From NCBI GenBank assembly GCA_028023455.1, contig JAQFVV010000001.1, positions 13,454,001 through 13,518,000 on the forward strand: 64,000 nt of DNA, written 5' to 3'. The DNA is from Epiperipatus broadwayi (taxonomy: Eukaryota; Animalia; Onychophora). The notes below the pieces were generated by a model that saw only the letters and a list, made by a program, of their open reading frames with translations, was not told the DNA's origin and did not search any database. Below, piece by piece: positions 1-13,880 of the stretch. How positions within the stretch are numbered: the stretch's first letter is position 1; every line of letters starts with the position of its first letter. The position numbers and the translations under genes were made by a program.

Positions 1-200
1 AATGGCAATAATCAAACATATAGGCAGGAATTAGAAGATCAAAGACATTTGACTTTTTTCTACTTGGCTTTTAGCAAGGCATTTTGTTATTCAAATAATA
101 AATGTAAATTTTTTAAGGAATACATCTGATGTTAAATAAAGTAATTAATATATGACTAGAATACATTTGTGTACATTCTTATTAATTGTATAAAAGGCAA
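1..200 (+). pseudogene. Decayed CR1/L2-type LINE reverse-transcriptase fragment
   Basis: tac ttg gct ttt agc aag gca ttt (~61-85) reads YLAFSKAF, resembling the RT motif YLDFSKAFD; downstream is riddled with stops. Confidence 0.35.
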
Positions 201-1367
201 AATTTCAATAATTGTGAAACAAGTTAAATAAAATCATTACAGCTATATGTATATTATAACCATATGCTTATTCTTAAGCCTATATATTAATTTTTTTTTT
301 TTAAAAAATGTTTACATTATTGCCTATGCAAGTCACTTATTCATTATTAGTTATCTATATTTTATTCGAATACATGTTAATTAAATAATGAATAAAATTT
401 TCTGGAATGATTATTTTCAAAGCATCCCAAATTATAAATAAATGTTTTAAAAAACAGAAAAGTTTATTATAATTAGATAATAAATATTATAATTAGATAA
501 TAATTGTGTACATGAGATTTAATTAAAATTATCTATCACTACTTAATTGTCAAATGTTTATTATATTTATTTTATAAAGGTTAAATGATTTATATTTTAT
601 TAATCTCCAGAAATTCTAAAGCACTAACTTTAAATATGTGTATGAGTATACCAATATATATATATATAAAAGTATCACTAGATAATTTATTCTAGAATCC
701 CTATAATAATGTTATGTGAAATTACTAGACAGGAAAAAGTAGCAAAAAAAAAAAAAAGAGGACTTTTTCCTGTCTTGTAATTTCACATAACATTATTATA
801 GGGATTCTAGAATAAATTATCTAGTGATACTTTTATATATATATATATATTGGTATACTCATACACATATTTAAAGCTAGTGCTTTAGAATTTCTGGAGA
901 TTAATAAAATATAAATCATTTAACCTTTATAAAATAAATATAATAAACATTTGACAATTAAGTAGTGATAGATAATTTTAATTAAATCTCATGTACACAA
1001 TTATTATTTAATTATAATATTTATTATCTAATTATAATAAGCGTTTCTGTTTTTTAAAACATTTATTTATAATTTGGGATGCTTTGAAAATAATCATTCC
1101 AGAAAATTTTATTCATTATTTAATTAACATATATGCGAACAAAATATAGATAACTAATAATGAATAAGTGACTTTGCATAGATAATAATGTAAACATTTT
1201 TTTAAAAAAAATTAATATATAGGCTTAAAAATAGGCATATGGTTATAATATACATATAGCTGTAATGATTTTATTTAACTTGTTTCACAATTATTGAAAT
1301 TTTGCTTTTTATACAATTAATAAGAATGTACACAAATGTATTCTAGTCATATATTAATTACTTTATT
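135..1367. repeat. Large near-perfect inverted repeat (606-bp arms 135-740 and 762-1367, 21-nt A-rich spacer)
   Basis: Direct reverse-complement reading: ...gacaggaaaaagt|agcaaaaaaaaaaaaaaagagg|actttttcctgtc...; arms pair out to 135/1367 with about 15-20 differences by manual count. No flanking TSD seen. Confidence 0.97.
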
Positions 1368-2034
1368 GTTTATGTTATATGCATATTTAATTCAGTGGGT
1401 GAAATTTATAAAAAGTGAAAATAATTGTTATTTGATTACTGCAATAAACTGCAGAAGGTGAATTTAGCCACTATTTGAAATTAGATGTCTTTAATCTTAC
1501 AATATTTTTAACTGCCTTAGATTTATATCATATTGGCAATAAATTAAAATAACATCATGCATTCATAATTACACTTTATTTCATATTGAATGTGCTTGAA
1601 AATTTTTGAGTTTTTTTTTTTGGCGAAATCATAAAAAAAAAAAAATCCTTTTGATGTAAATTTTAGTTCTTTTTATCAATGAAAGATAATAATAAGCTAT
1701 CTTTGTCTAATATTCATAAGTGAATAACAATAAATCGCTGTGGATTGCTGATGAATACAACATACATTTTGATTTTATTCGTTAGTCATTAATTAGATTA
1801 CTATTAGATTGTTTCAGTTTTTAGTTTTAATATATGGACAGCTGAAGAGTTGTGTGGTGGAGTAAATTGAAACCTGTCCATTAAAGTATAAAGATTGGCT
1901 ATCTTAATATAAGATGAGCATTGATTATATATATATATGTGTGGAGATGATAATCTGGACCAACTGACGAGTGCTGGTTTAGCCCCATTGGTGATTATTT
2001 ATTTTTTCAACATGTATGTGACCAAGTGTGTCAG

Positions 2035-2095
2035 CAGTATTAGATAGCATGGATAGTTGAGGGTCATGAGAAAGTCTGAGTTCAAACCCCCTATA
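2035..2095 (+). repeat. tRNA-derived SINE head remnant
   Basis: B-box-like gagttcaaacccc in gaaagtctgagttcaaacccc; a near-identical motif (gaaagtctgtgttcaaatcccc) recurs at ~53474-53495. Confidence 0.4.
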
Positions 2096-2794
2096 TATTA
2101 CATATTGGAGTGCAGGTATGAAAAAACATGTACTGTAGAAAAAAAATCATATATTAAAAAAATTTTACTTAAAAAATAAAAACCTTTATAGTCATTTAGG
2201 AGTTGAAAATATTATCAGTAACAAATATTATATGATCTCACAAGATTTAATAAATTACTGTTAATCAACAATCATGAATTATCCACTACAAATGAATTGT
2301 TATTTCAATTTCCTAATCACATATAAAAATAATTACCTTATCATAAGAAAAATTCAAATTTGTATTTGGATAATATAATTATCTATCAATAAGGGTAAAT
2401 GAAAATAATATTGAATTTAAAAAAAATATTTTATTTATGCTAAAGTATTTTAGAACTTTTATCATTAAACAGAGTGAGGTTACTAAAGTAATTTGAATAT
2501 AAGTTCTGAGATTTTTGTTTATTACTTAGTTTTTATTTTATGTTTACATAAAGAATAACACTAATTATAATGAAAATAATAGACTTTCTATAAATATTTT
2601 GTAAATATTGTTAAAAAAAGATGTACTTAAACTATATTTATTTTATTATTCATAGTAATATATCTATTTAATATTAGCAATGCATATCGAGCTTATATTT
2701 TTGTACCATTTACAATCAATCATATTATTACAATAAACATAATTAATAATATTTATTATTTTTGAATATTATTTTGTTTTATGTATTTGTTTAG

Positions 2795-2940
2795 GAATAT
2801 AATATTGTGAATATTTTATCTAACGAAATTGGAGGTGAAGTTATACTAAAACATTTGCAAGAAGAATCTTTACCAAGATTCATTAGATGCAGTTTAATCA
2901 GAATTTTAGTTGACTATTTGGTGCGGAAATCTGGAACGTT
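2795..2940 (+). CDS. Internal exon of host gene, SAMD3-like helical domain (EYNIVNILSNEIGGEVILKHLQEESLPRFIRCSLIRILVDYLVRKSGT)
   Basis: ttag acceptor at 2791-2794, GTAAG donor at 2941; 146 nt open frame (phase 0 start, phase 2 end) that joins in frame to 6632. Confidence 0.85.
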
Positions 2941-3459
2941 GTAAGAAATTTTCTATCTAATACAATTATTTATGTGTATATGAAATTATATATTGAAAAA
3001 TTGGTTTAACTTTATATAAATACAGGATAAACTTTTCAAATATTATTAATTTCAATATCAGTATTTCAATCTTCTTGTTATATTGCCAAACAAATGTAAA
3101 CTGGCCACTCTCATCAGCTATTTTTTTTATCATTATAGTGATAACAAATCTGAAAAGTGATATAATTTAAGGCAAATTTGAAATCAAATATAGATATAAA
3201 CACAGTTTTCTTCAATACAGATAAATATTAAATATTATAAAGTAAAGTACGTATTAGTTATTACATATTTTATATTATTAGCTTTTTAATTTATATAGGT
3301 TTTTTTAAGTGAGTAGAAATTAGCTCTACCTTGTGGAGTTTAATTTTTGGCTATATTAAAGGCTGAGTTTATATCTGAATTTGATTTGTAATTTGACATG
3401 AACTATATCAGTTCTCAGATTTACCATCTTTATAACAACTAATGATCATTTTATATTTG

Positions 3460-4055
3460 CTACCCTCTTCATTTTTGTAAATTGGAACAATAGAAGCATT
3501 TTTAAGATACCACAATTTTTTAAAGTTCTTCATCAGAATCTTCAACTGTTTCATTTTTAAGATTTCAAAGATCTTTTTTAACATCATTAAGCTGAATACA
3601 TTTATCCCAATCTAAATGAGTAGATGAGATGGATAGGTTCTTGCAAAACTGTTGTCTCAATTTTTTTTATTATTATTCAAAAAGTAATCAAATATTATTT
3701 TCACTTATTCTGAAATATTATTATTATATAAAAATATCACAGATTTAGTTGAATTGTAATATTATTATTTAAGATTCATTTATTACTCTAATTCTTTACC
3801 CTGAAAGTTAGATATGAATATTTTTAAATGACATTTTTTTTGAATAATAATAAAAAATTGAGAGACCAATTTTGCACAAAAACTTAACTCTATTCATATA
3901 AATCTGGATAAATTTATTCAGCTTAATGAAATTAAAAAAGGTCTTTGAAATCTTAACAATGATGATTGAAAATTCTGATGGAGAACTTTTAAATATTGTG
4001 GCATCTAATCTTAAAAATGTTTTATTGTTCCAATTTACAAAACTGAAGAGGATAG
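3460..4055. repeat. Older inverted duplication (arms ~3460-3685 and ~3835-4055, ~75-80% identical)
   Basis: The reverse complement of the left arm (gatctttgaaatcttaaaaatg...attgttccaatttacaaaaatgaagagg) matches the right arm (gtctttgaaatcttaacaatg...attgttccaatttacaaaactgaagagg). Confidence 0.85.
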
Positions 4056-4240
4056 AAAAACAGCAGTAATTATTAAGAATATCATAGTTATTCACTATAT
4101 CAAAAGTTCTCATAAGAATTTTGTTAAATAATATTGCTTCCATTCACAGATAGAGACTCAGTATGTTTTAAAAAAATTGAGGTGGTTTATGGATATGATT
4201 TATATTATCAGATAAATAAAAGAAAAATGCTAGGAATAAA
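3835..4240 (+). pseudogene. Decayed RTE-like LINE RT fragment
   Basis: att gtt cca att tac aaa act = IVPIYK motif, followed by degenerate N-terminal RT motifs; many stops and frameshifts. Confidence 0.45.
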
Positions 4241-5629
4241 TGATTGATTTATATATTATATTTATTGGTTTGCTTAAGATACCTGACTCTATAACTGAAC
4301 AAGTCCATATCTGTAGTACGTTTTAAAATTAATTGGTTGTGTATATACTGGCTCCCTCTTTGTCATTTATGATTAGTTTTTAGGGCAGTTTATTGACAGT
4401 TTCATGAAACAGGCATTAAGATGCAATATAGATTTGGCAATGAAATTTTTAAACTGAACCAATTTAAAGCAAAACTAAGAATCTCATCATTTGGGATTTT
4501 AGATTTACAATATGATGATAATACTGGTATTCTTATCAATTTAAAAAAACTATCTTCATAATGTTTATAACATTTTGAGCTTAACTTACAAAGCAACTGT
4601 TTAGTAATTATTGTTAAAAAACTCAAATTTGTATTGAAAGAAAATTTTTTCAAAAAGCTATAACTTGAATGATTGTCAATTTAAGAATGTGAACTTATAT
4701 GCTGTAATGCAATCTGTACTCTAATGAGCAGTTGTTGCATTAGAGTAATTCTTCATAGAAATATAACTAATGTAAGAAAATTAATGACAAAAAGTAGCTA
4801 CTTTACCTAATTTATTATATGGAAATAAATACTCTATAAGTTTATATAAAGTCACATTTTCATTACAAATGGCTTTTAGAAGTTTATCATTTTTCTAGCT
4901 ACAATAATTTATAGATAAAATGTAAAGGCATAAACACATAAGACTGAATTGAATATATGAAGCAAATAAATGATAACATACTTTCTAAAATAATATTTTA
5001 TAGAGAACTTGAGCAATAGTTTTAATGGAAATGGAAATTCCATTTACATTATAAAATTGTTTATAGTTATTCTGAAAATGATTGCTTTCATTGGAAAGAA
5101 AAAGCTGAAGTTAAAATACAAATAAGAGTGACAATTAGGTAAAGTATTAAAATCTTTCAAAAACAGTAGCAGTTTTTTTCTATACAATAATACCACCTAG
5201 TGTACATTTTAGTAATCAATAGATGTTAGAATGTTGTGCATTCTTATCTCAATCTAGTACTTTTCTATTCAATATTCTCACACTAGTTTCTAGCTTATGG
5301 CTTTCATTAGTGAGGATCCTTGAATCTGGTAACTATATATCTGGATCTTTGGATCTAATGTAGTCCTCCAGCATTTGGTTAACTATAAGACTATCAGATT
5401 AAACTGCAAACATAATGATGTTTTTAATCCTAGATAATTTGCCTATATAGTCATACAGATCTCTATCCAGTTCATCATGTTTATATTTTGATATCTTTGG
5501 TTTTTCAATGACTACAGTTACCTCTATTCTTTGGATTGAAAACATTATTGCATTTTCATTTTGGACTCATAGTTTTATAGTTAGTCAAAAAGATAAAAGG
5601 TGGGTGTTGGGGATTTTCATTAGATGCAA

Positions 5630-5850
5630 AGATCCAGGTGGACTGATCCCAAGCCCAATGCTCATCATTGATGAAAACATAAGTTAGAAATTAGTTAAGG
5701 ATATTGGATGGGAAGCCACTAGATAAATTATAATGCACAATCTTCTGGTATCTATTGATTATTAGAACTTACATTGTGTGGGGGAAAAACTTTGCTATTG
5801 TTTTATCAGCTTGTATAAGCATAAAAAATGATAATCATGTGATGTTTTAG
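5630..5850 (+). repeat. Partial copy (right arm plus tail) of the foldback family seen at 62386-62780
   Basis: gaaattagttaaggatattggatgggaagccactagataaattataatgcacaatcttc resembles gaaactagtctaagaatattggataagtaggcactaaatagggattttatgcacagacc; both are followed by the tail (t/g)taagcataaa.aatg.taatca.gtgatgttt. Confidence 0.65.
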
Positions 5851-6631
5851 GCAGTCTTTCAAAAAGTAAAGTTCACAGCTGAAGAAGATAAGATATATAG
5901 TATTGCCAAATATTAAATAAATAGAGTAAAGGAATAACATGGGATATATAGATGTATTTGCGATTCATGCATTGATTTTAGTCATTACAAGCTCATCTTT
6001 AATGCTTTATACTTTTGTCTTTGAATTTGTTTTTAAAATGGCCATACTTATTTAAGTAAAATTGCTAATGAATGAGTAAGTACATTGTCTAAAGTAAATT
6101 GTTTACATGATCGACAGAAATCAATTTTTTTTTTTGATGCAGCTAAAACATATAGGTATCATTTATCTACAGTATCTTAATCATTCAAAGAATATGAATG
6201 TAGCAGTTATTTTTAAAAATCTCCCATAAAGCACAATAAGTAATAAACATATTGATTAATACTGATTTTGAGAGATAGCTGGTGAAATTCTTACGAATTT
6301 ATTCAACAGAATAGATTAAATTATGGCATCATAGTAACCAGTCAAGCTTATATATTATTTGTGCTACCTTACTTATAATAAGGATAACTTTCAGTATGTG
6401 CAATAATTGTATTGCATTATATATGTGTGTGTGTTTAAGATATCAATTCTAATTAATATGACTAATATATTTTATTGCAGTAATTTACTAGATTTTAGGC
6501 AGAATGATAATGGATGGATAAAAGATAGCTATATAGATAGATTTATTATTGGTAAAATTACTGAATGCTTTCATGTTATTACATAATTTTATATATTAGT
6601 AAAATTTGTATATTAATATTATCATTGTTAG

Positions 6632-6722
6632 CTATCCTGCTAAAACTGAGCAAGAAGCGATTGCTAAAGCTTTAGTAACCGAATTTCCTTTTCTAAAAGA
6701 ACCAGGATCAGCTACTGGTTAT
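6632..6722 (+). CDS. Internal exon of host gene, SAMD3-like domain ((F)YPAKTEQEAIAKALVTEFPFLKEPGSATGY)
   Basis: ttag acceptor at 6628-6631, GTAAGT donor at 6723; 91 nt completing the split codon TT|C; YP...A.ALV..FP.LKEPGS.TG motif recalled from SAMD3-like proteins. Confidence 0.9.
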
Positions 6723-7817
6723 GTAAGTGCAAACTGAAAATTATTGTATTTATTTGTTGTTTTATATGTATCAGTCTATAAAAATTTTTTTACTATAATA
6801 TTAATTTTAACTATATATCGAATATCAATATTATCTATTTTTATGCTTATAAATTGTAACTTTACTATATCACTGTAAATTAGCTATTATATTTAAAAAA
6901 CTAAAATTTTTATTGATTTTAATTTTTATAGTTGAGAAGTATATTAACCCCTCTCATCAGTTGTATAGTATAGAATATAATCATTATCATGTTTGATAGT
7001 CTCTCATACTAATGCTGTAGAGAAATATTGATGCTTGTATAAAATACATACGTGTATAATTTTGTCATTATTCTTGTTAAGGAACAAAGATATCAAATGG
7101 TATAAACCGATAGAACTACTCACACACATAAAACAACTAATTTCATACAGAAATAAAGAATAGAATTATAAATTTAGCATTATTACACTAAAATACTTTA
7201 AAGTAAAGCAATTATACTTTAGATTACATTTCATTTAAGTGTAGAATAAACAGTTCTTATTTATTTATATTTTATGTGCATGTGTGTGTGGAAGGTTACA
7301 TGTTAATTGGGTTGGTTTGCTAGAATAATGGTTTGTTAGAATATTTATTAAGAAATATTATTTATTTTTAAAAAATCAATTGAAATTTAATTGAAATAAA
7401 TATCTGAGAACTTTATAAGTTTATGATTTATTTATTTTAAATAAATGTTTGTAAAATTATTTCAAAATCCAAAAATAAAAGGAAGTGATTGAAAAAAACT
7501 GAAATTATTATTTTGTTTTTCTTCATTTTCAAATGTCATTATAAAGTTTTTATTGTGCTGATTTAAAAATCTTTGCATCTATCATTTTGCAACATTAACC
7601 ATGATGACTTCTTTCAATATTTCCCAGACAAATCAAGAAACTCCAATGCATAATGGAGAATATTCTGTAATCCAGATATCATGTCATAACTGGTATAAAA
7701 GCTGATGTTTGGAAAATACAGGCAGTCTTCACAAATTTGTATTGCATTCAGAATCTAAACAGGTCCAAATTTTTAAATAACCATTTTGGTTGCCATCTAC
7801 ATGATGATCAACTAGAC

Positions 7818-10599
7818 CAGCAGTGGCCAACAAGTCGATCGTGAAGCCAATTTTGGTCGATTGCGAGGCCAATCTGGCAAGAGCCATCAGATTATGAGTG
7901 AAACAAATTAAGTCAAGATTTTCAAGTTTTTTTTTTTTTTGTTATTTTATTTGGGTTCTAATTTTTTTTTTAATTCTAGATAGGTGAAGTCCACTAAGTC
8001 ATATTATTATTGAAAATAATATTTTTAATCTTGACTTAATGTGTTTCATTTGTAACTGAATGCAATGCATGAATGTAACAAGCAAATGCAACAGTATGCA
8101 TATAGTTATAACACCTAGAAAAACATAGCCATTTAGCTTGAATATTTGATAGTGTCATTTGGTGACTTCTTTTCTTTAGTATTAACAATATTATTATTAT
8201 TAATCAATATTATCTATCCACAGTGACCATGTTGAGTTTCAATTTTTTTTCTGTTTAAAATGTAAGTACCTTTTTTATGCTTTAATTTAAATTGTGGCTT
8301 TTCTTACCTATCTACTTACTTGATTAGTGAGCGTTCTCAGCAACAGATGTCTAAGCTGAAGTCGTTAACGACATTAATGACCGCAGTTCATGAGTTTTTA
8401 ATTTTCTTGGAAAATACTTAATTCAATATTTATTATTTATTTTGATTATTTATTTCTTATCAATTAAGTTTGGGGAAATAAAATTGTCATAAGTATTTCT
8501 TTTTTCATTTTAATATACCCATGAACATGAGTAGTAAACCAAAAAATTGAAAACTTATCATTTCAATGAAGAATGGAAACTGGATTACTTTTTTTTACAA
8601 TGGTGAATGACAAATGTTGTTGCTTAATATGCTTTATCTCAATAGCTATTGCTTCAAAGGGTAATCTGGAGAGACATTTTTTAGCTTTACATAATAATTA
8701 TCAAACAGATTATCCACAAAATATCGAATTGAGAAAACATAAAGTTAGGGATCTTAAAACTCAATTAAAAAATCAACAAAATGTTTTTAAAAAGCCAGTG
8801 TTGAAGTTACAAGCAGTAACTACTGCATTATTCAAAGTAAGCTATCTCTTAGCAAAAAAATGTAAACCATTTTCTGAGAGTGAATTTGTAAAAGAAACTT
8901 TTTTGGAAATATCAGATTCACTTTTTAACAATTTTCATAACAAGAGTGAAATTATTGTTGCAATTCAAGATCTACAGCTGTCTCGAAACACTGTGGTGTA
9001 ATGATGAATTGAGAAAATGAGTGGAAATGTAAAAGAGCAGTTGTATAATGATATTAATAGATGTTCTTGTTTTTCCTTTCAATGTGATGAATCGGCAGAT
9101 ATAAATGATACAGCATAATTACTTGTTTTTATTTGTAGTTTTTAAAGATTTTACATCTAAAGAAGAATTGTTAGGTATGATTTCTTTGAAAGAAAGGACT
9201 AGAGCCTTTAAAAACTTGGTCAATGATTTGAAAGTACTACTTTTTAAATTAGTTTCAATAATAATGGATGGCGCAGCTGCAATGATAGGTCGCATAAATG
9301 AATTTTATAGCCCTATGTCAACATGAAGATGAATTTCCAGCTTTTTTGAGCTACCACCGCATAATTCACCAGCAAGTGTTAGCTAGCAAGAGACTAAACA
9401 CAAAAGAAGTAATGGACATAGCGATTAAAATTGTTAATTCAATTCGAGGAAGTTCCCTGAAACGATGTCTCTTCCAACTTAGCTCGATGAAAGCCAACGT
9501 GAATTGTTACTACATATCGATGTAAGATGGCTAAGCAGAGGTAATTTTTTACAACGATTTCGTGATTTATTGCCTGGAATAATAGAATTTCTCCGCGAGC
9601 AAGATGGAAATGTGAAAATTTAAATGATGAGACTTGGCTTAGTGACTTAGCTTTTCTTACAGATTTACTTCAATGTTAAGTCATTTAAATTTAGAATTAC
9701 AAGGTAAAAATAAAGCAGTAATTGATATGATCAGCTGCATAGATGCATATAAAATAAAATTTATTTTGCTAATTGAAGATCTGCAATAAAATAATCTGAA
9801 TCATTTTCCAAATATGGCGGATTAATTACAAAAACATAAAAATATTAATTATAATATCGATAAACACGTCGCGGAAATCCAAAAAGTAATTGAAGATTTT
9901 AAGGTAAGATTCCAAGATTTTGAAAAAAATTAAAGAAATTGTGAAATGTATACCTTTTCCTTTTAAAAAAGATTTAAGTGTGAAACGCATTAGGCAAAAA
10001 ATTTCAGACATATTTCATATGGAGCAAAAGGCATTAGAAAATGAAATTATAATTTTACAAACTGATTTAATCTTACAAGCTAGAAAATTTGAATATTTTT
10101 GGAAATACGTCAACCGAGACAAATATCCAAATATCATCAAATGTAGCGAATATATTTATTCTTGTTTCGGATCTACATACCTGTGTGAATCCGAATTTTC
10201 TTACTTGAAGTTAACGAAGACCAAGCAACGTTCTGTCCAGACTGATTCCCATACTGAGAATTCTTTATTATTATCTTTGTCAGGATATACACCTAATTAT
10301 GATTTCTTGGTTAGAGACACGCAAACACAGTATTTCCATTAATGTTAAGGTAATAAAATAAATTCTAAATCTGTCTTTGTCTGTAGCTAATTTGAATGAA
10401 TAATTATTGTTAATAATTATTCATGTTGCTTTAATTCCCCCGGACATGAGTTTTTTGGCCCGTTAAATAATTGTTATTTTTTACGTTAGGTAGATATATA
10501 AAAATAGTATGTATTTCACACTCCCCTACACTATGACAACACATTTTAAAAATAAAAAATAAATTTTATGAAAACAAAAGTTGTCCACCCCCACCCCTA
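7818..10599 (+). mobile_element. hAT DNA transposon (GTF2IRD2/SPIN/Buster-type), full length but defective
   Basis: Perfect 8-bp TSD AACTAGAC (7810-7817 and 10600-10607, central TA). Left TIR CAGCAGTGGCCAAC; right TIR gttgtccacccccaccccta, with a slippage duplication and terminal G>A. Confidence 0.92.
8521..10342 (+). pseudogene. hAT transposase pseudogene (GTF2IRD2-like)
   Basis: Fragments read YHFNEEW..YFFTMVNDKCCCLIC..GNLERHF, CDES, MDGAAAMIG, RWLSRG and a C-terminal hATC dimerisation motif FGSTYLCESEFS; several stops and frameshifts. Confidence 0.9.
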
Positions 10600-12530
10600 A
10601 ACTAGACTAAACACCTAGATATTTGCCTTTGTTGGCAAAATCATTTCTCATCCTACTATAAAAAGATGAACAACAAACAAATAAACCAGAAACCATTATT
10701 AATTCATTATTTCTTCATTTCAAGAAATCTCATTTATTAAAGTCATCTGTTAGAGGAAAAATAGATAAAGTGACTTATGGAATGCTATCTCACAACTTCA
10801 ACAAAAATTGCTGGACTTTGGAAGTAATATTAAACAACTGATATAATTGGAAAATTATATTTATTATTAACTTCAATTATTGATGTTTATTTTTAAAATA
10901 TTATAAATTAATTGTTTTCTTTTTACTTCAAGAAAATATAAATATTAAGTCTCAATAGTGTCTCTTTAATTATGTAAGGAAAAACTTTAAATAATAATTT
11001 TGCAATTCAAATATGCGTCCATAAACTTGTCACTTAGAAAAACGAACTTTGCTTCAAAAAGTAAAGAAAATCACTTTGCTATGGATGATAAACTATTTGC
11101 CTTATCAGAGATACAATCAGAATTACCGTTATCATGGATTAAAGATCTACAAATGAATAGATTAATTATATACCTCAAATTAAAGAAGTAATGAATGTTA
11201 ATTCTTTGGATAAAATTATAACATCTGGCCAAATGAATTAAATTGCTGCATAAACAAACTATGAATTTGGATTCACTGCTTAAATAAATGCATAACGAAT
11301 TATCAATGCTTAATATTTAAATGCTACTCCTGAATTGTGGATTATCAAAGCAAATATTAAAATGATAAGCATTCAAGTGATAAGCAATTTTAATATGGAT
11401 TAATGCATTGAATGTAACTTACCTTAAATCAACAAGTATGACTAATAGAATTTACTAATCTTTATGCTGTGTCCAGAAATGATTGTATTACAAAAATGAA
11501 ATTAATTGTGCAATAAGCAGACAAATTATTTAATGCACTTTCTCATAACTGTTTTTTTCTCAGTTAGTTAATATTATTGTTGTTATTAATGTAATAAAGT
11601 TTTCTCAGATATTATTCTGCTCATGTACAGATAATATTTTTATTTAATATTATTATTATTGATATTGAATGAGATTAAATGTGATTTACCTTAGGTTGGT
11701 TAAATGCAAGTAATTATTAAACTTATATAAAACTGCGCTATATTGCAATTATTATATGTTTTATGGGTTTTTAAGTTTCAACCCCATAGTTAAATGGAGT
11801 TAATCATCCTTATTTAGGTGAGTAGATATGTAAGAAATATTTCATTCACCACTCTTATATGTTAGTATTAATATTTTAAATGCTATATAGTATATAACCA
11901 GGCATCCTAATGATCTAGTTATATTTTGTTAATAGAGTAGCACTCCTAATGTTTAAGCTTGTAAATAAATCAAGAAAAGGATTTTGATGTAAAATAAATA
12001 AGCCATGTGGTGAATAACATTTAGGTATGCTAAGCAATAATTGCACTTGCTTTTCTTAAAAGAGTGAAAACTTCTAGGTTGATTAATAGTTGATTAGTTA
12101 GTGACAAACTAATTAAGAACCACATAGAACATTTATCATTGACCGTTATGATGATGATTATTATTATCCTCCAGTATTTGAATTGAGGATTTTTTTTTCA
12201 AATAATAAACAACCTATTCTTATTTAATGTTTAGGGTCTTCACAATCCTATTTGATAACACATTTTTATATCCCAAATCCAAATTAGATTTAGGAAACAA
12301 ATAGTAATATTTATTAGATATTTAATACAATTTTTTTATTGTTAGTATTCATTTTTATCATTTATTTTATATTGCGCAATAAAGTAATTGTTAATTTTTA
12401 GTATTTCTTTTTTGTCACCATTGAAGAAACATCTTCAGAGCATATTCATGATATAAAAGATCATATTTGAGATATTAGATTACATATATGTAATCTAATA
12501 TAAAATCTATTTGTATTAAATTCATTATTC

Positions 12531-12600
12531 TTTTTTTTTTCATATGTCAACGCGTTGACCGACCAGGAAGCGAACCCGGGCCAGCTTCTTGTGTTAATGC
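12531..12600 (-). repeat. Short tRNA-derived SINE, 3' half
   Basis: Minus strand ggcccgggttcgcttcctggtcggtcaacgcgttgacatatg + poly(A), with a B-box; the tail resembles that of the SINE at 49559. Confidence 0.6.
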
Positions 12601-13880
12601 TATCTGAAATATAAAAGTGTTGATTCAGATGATGTACATAAAATCTCTTTTACATTATCCTATCCTAAAATGCAGAAACACACTATAACCATACATTTAT
12701 TTCATTATTTTATATAACACTGAAATAAATCATTAATCAACTTTATATTTTAAATTGCTGGCCTTAGTTTTAAAACACAGATTGAGATACTCTTAATTAG
12801 TTCTTATAGTAAGAAACAATATATTTGCAAAGACTTTTATTAATAAAATAGAAAAGACTAAAAGTACACATATTATTGAATAACCCTGAGACATTTATTT
12901 ATTATTTTACTGAATGTGAATCTATTTTCAAATTATAGAATAGTTTTAGCTTATGTGGAAATATATAAAAATTGTATGCATAGCAAATTGCAAGTCAAAT
13001 TAGGGATGTAGACGCACTTCTTCCTCTGCAATATCGATACGCCATCTCAACCGACTTTTTTGACATTGCCATCAAGATCGGTTTTTCTTATGGTTTCAAT
13101 ATATATAAGCACATAAACACAAATGCTTTCTTATAAATGTTAATAAACTTGCACGCATTAATATTTGATATAATCAAGTAGATTATTATTGTTTATAGTT
13201 AAAAAGTATTCAATTAATTTGTATGAATTCGAACAAGATTAGAGTGAAAGAAAAATGATATTTCAGTTATTAAAACAATGAATTTCAGTTTATCAGTTTA
13301 TTTTCTTATATTATACAAGCATATATCATACAAAATGAGCTGGGGCTTCTAATTGAACAAATGTTCTCTTGAAATGTGTGTTTTAAATTAATTGATTAAC
13401 AACAACAACAACAAAAAAATCAAACAATAAAATAAATGATTCAAAGAAATATGTAACACATTTTTAAATATGTGCATATTCTTTCCCAGTTTTCCTCAAA
13501 GAGGATTATTTGAAGTTATAAACCAATAAAAAAAAAATGTTTTTTTTTTAAAATATAAACCGTATAAAATGAAATATTTATTCAAGAGCGCAATTATGTT
13601 TTTATCTCGCATTTTAGCATAATTATGAATTCTTATATTCAGCTTAAGGAACTCTTTCTTTACTTCATCTGAATGAGTTTTATATTCATAGACACTGTAT
13701 ACTTTAGATAAGTAATTAGCTTGAGTCTAGATATTGTGTATATTTAAAAAAAACCATTTAGAGTATGAGTGACGATTCTTCAATCTTATCATGTTTTTTT
13801 ATCTAGGTTATCTGTAATATTAATATTATGTTCAATATCCATAAGTTTTTGAGGAGTGACTTTTTTTGTAGAAATCTTGT

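Noticed and set aside
1818-1862. TGG ACA GCT GAA GAG TTG TGT (WTAEELC), like the start of a SAM domain, with a possible AG/GT pair that would join 2795 in phase
   Set aside because: Only 7 residues, a weak donor (GTAAAT), and the rest of a SAM domain is absent; cannot be distinguished from chance without RNA-seq.
11000-11191. ORF resembling an APE N-terminus (FKYASINL...LFALSE)
   Set aside because: Only two weak motif echoes and no downstream catalytic motifs readable.
12990-13140. CpG-rich patch reading DVDALLP...DFFDIAIK, vaguely like a Penelope RT motif
   Set aside because: Too short and deleted to assign.
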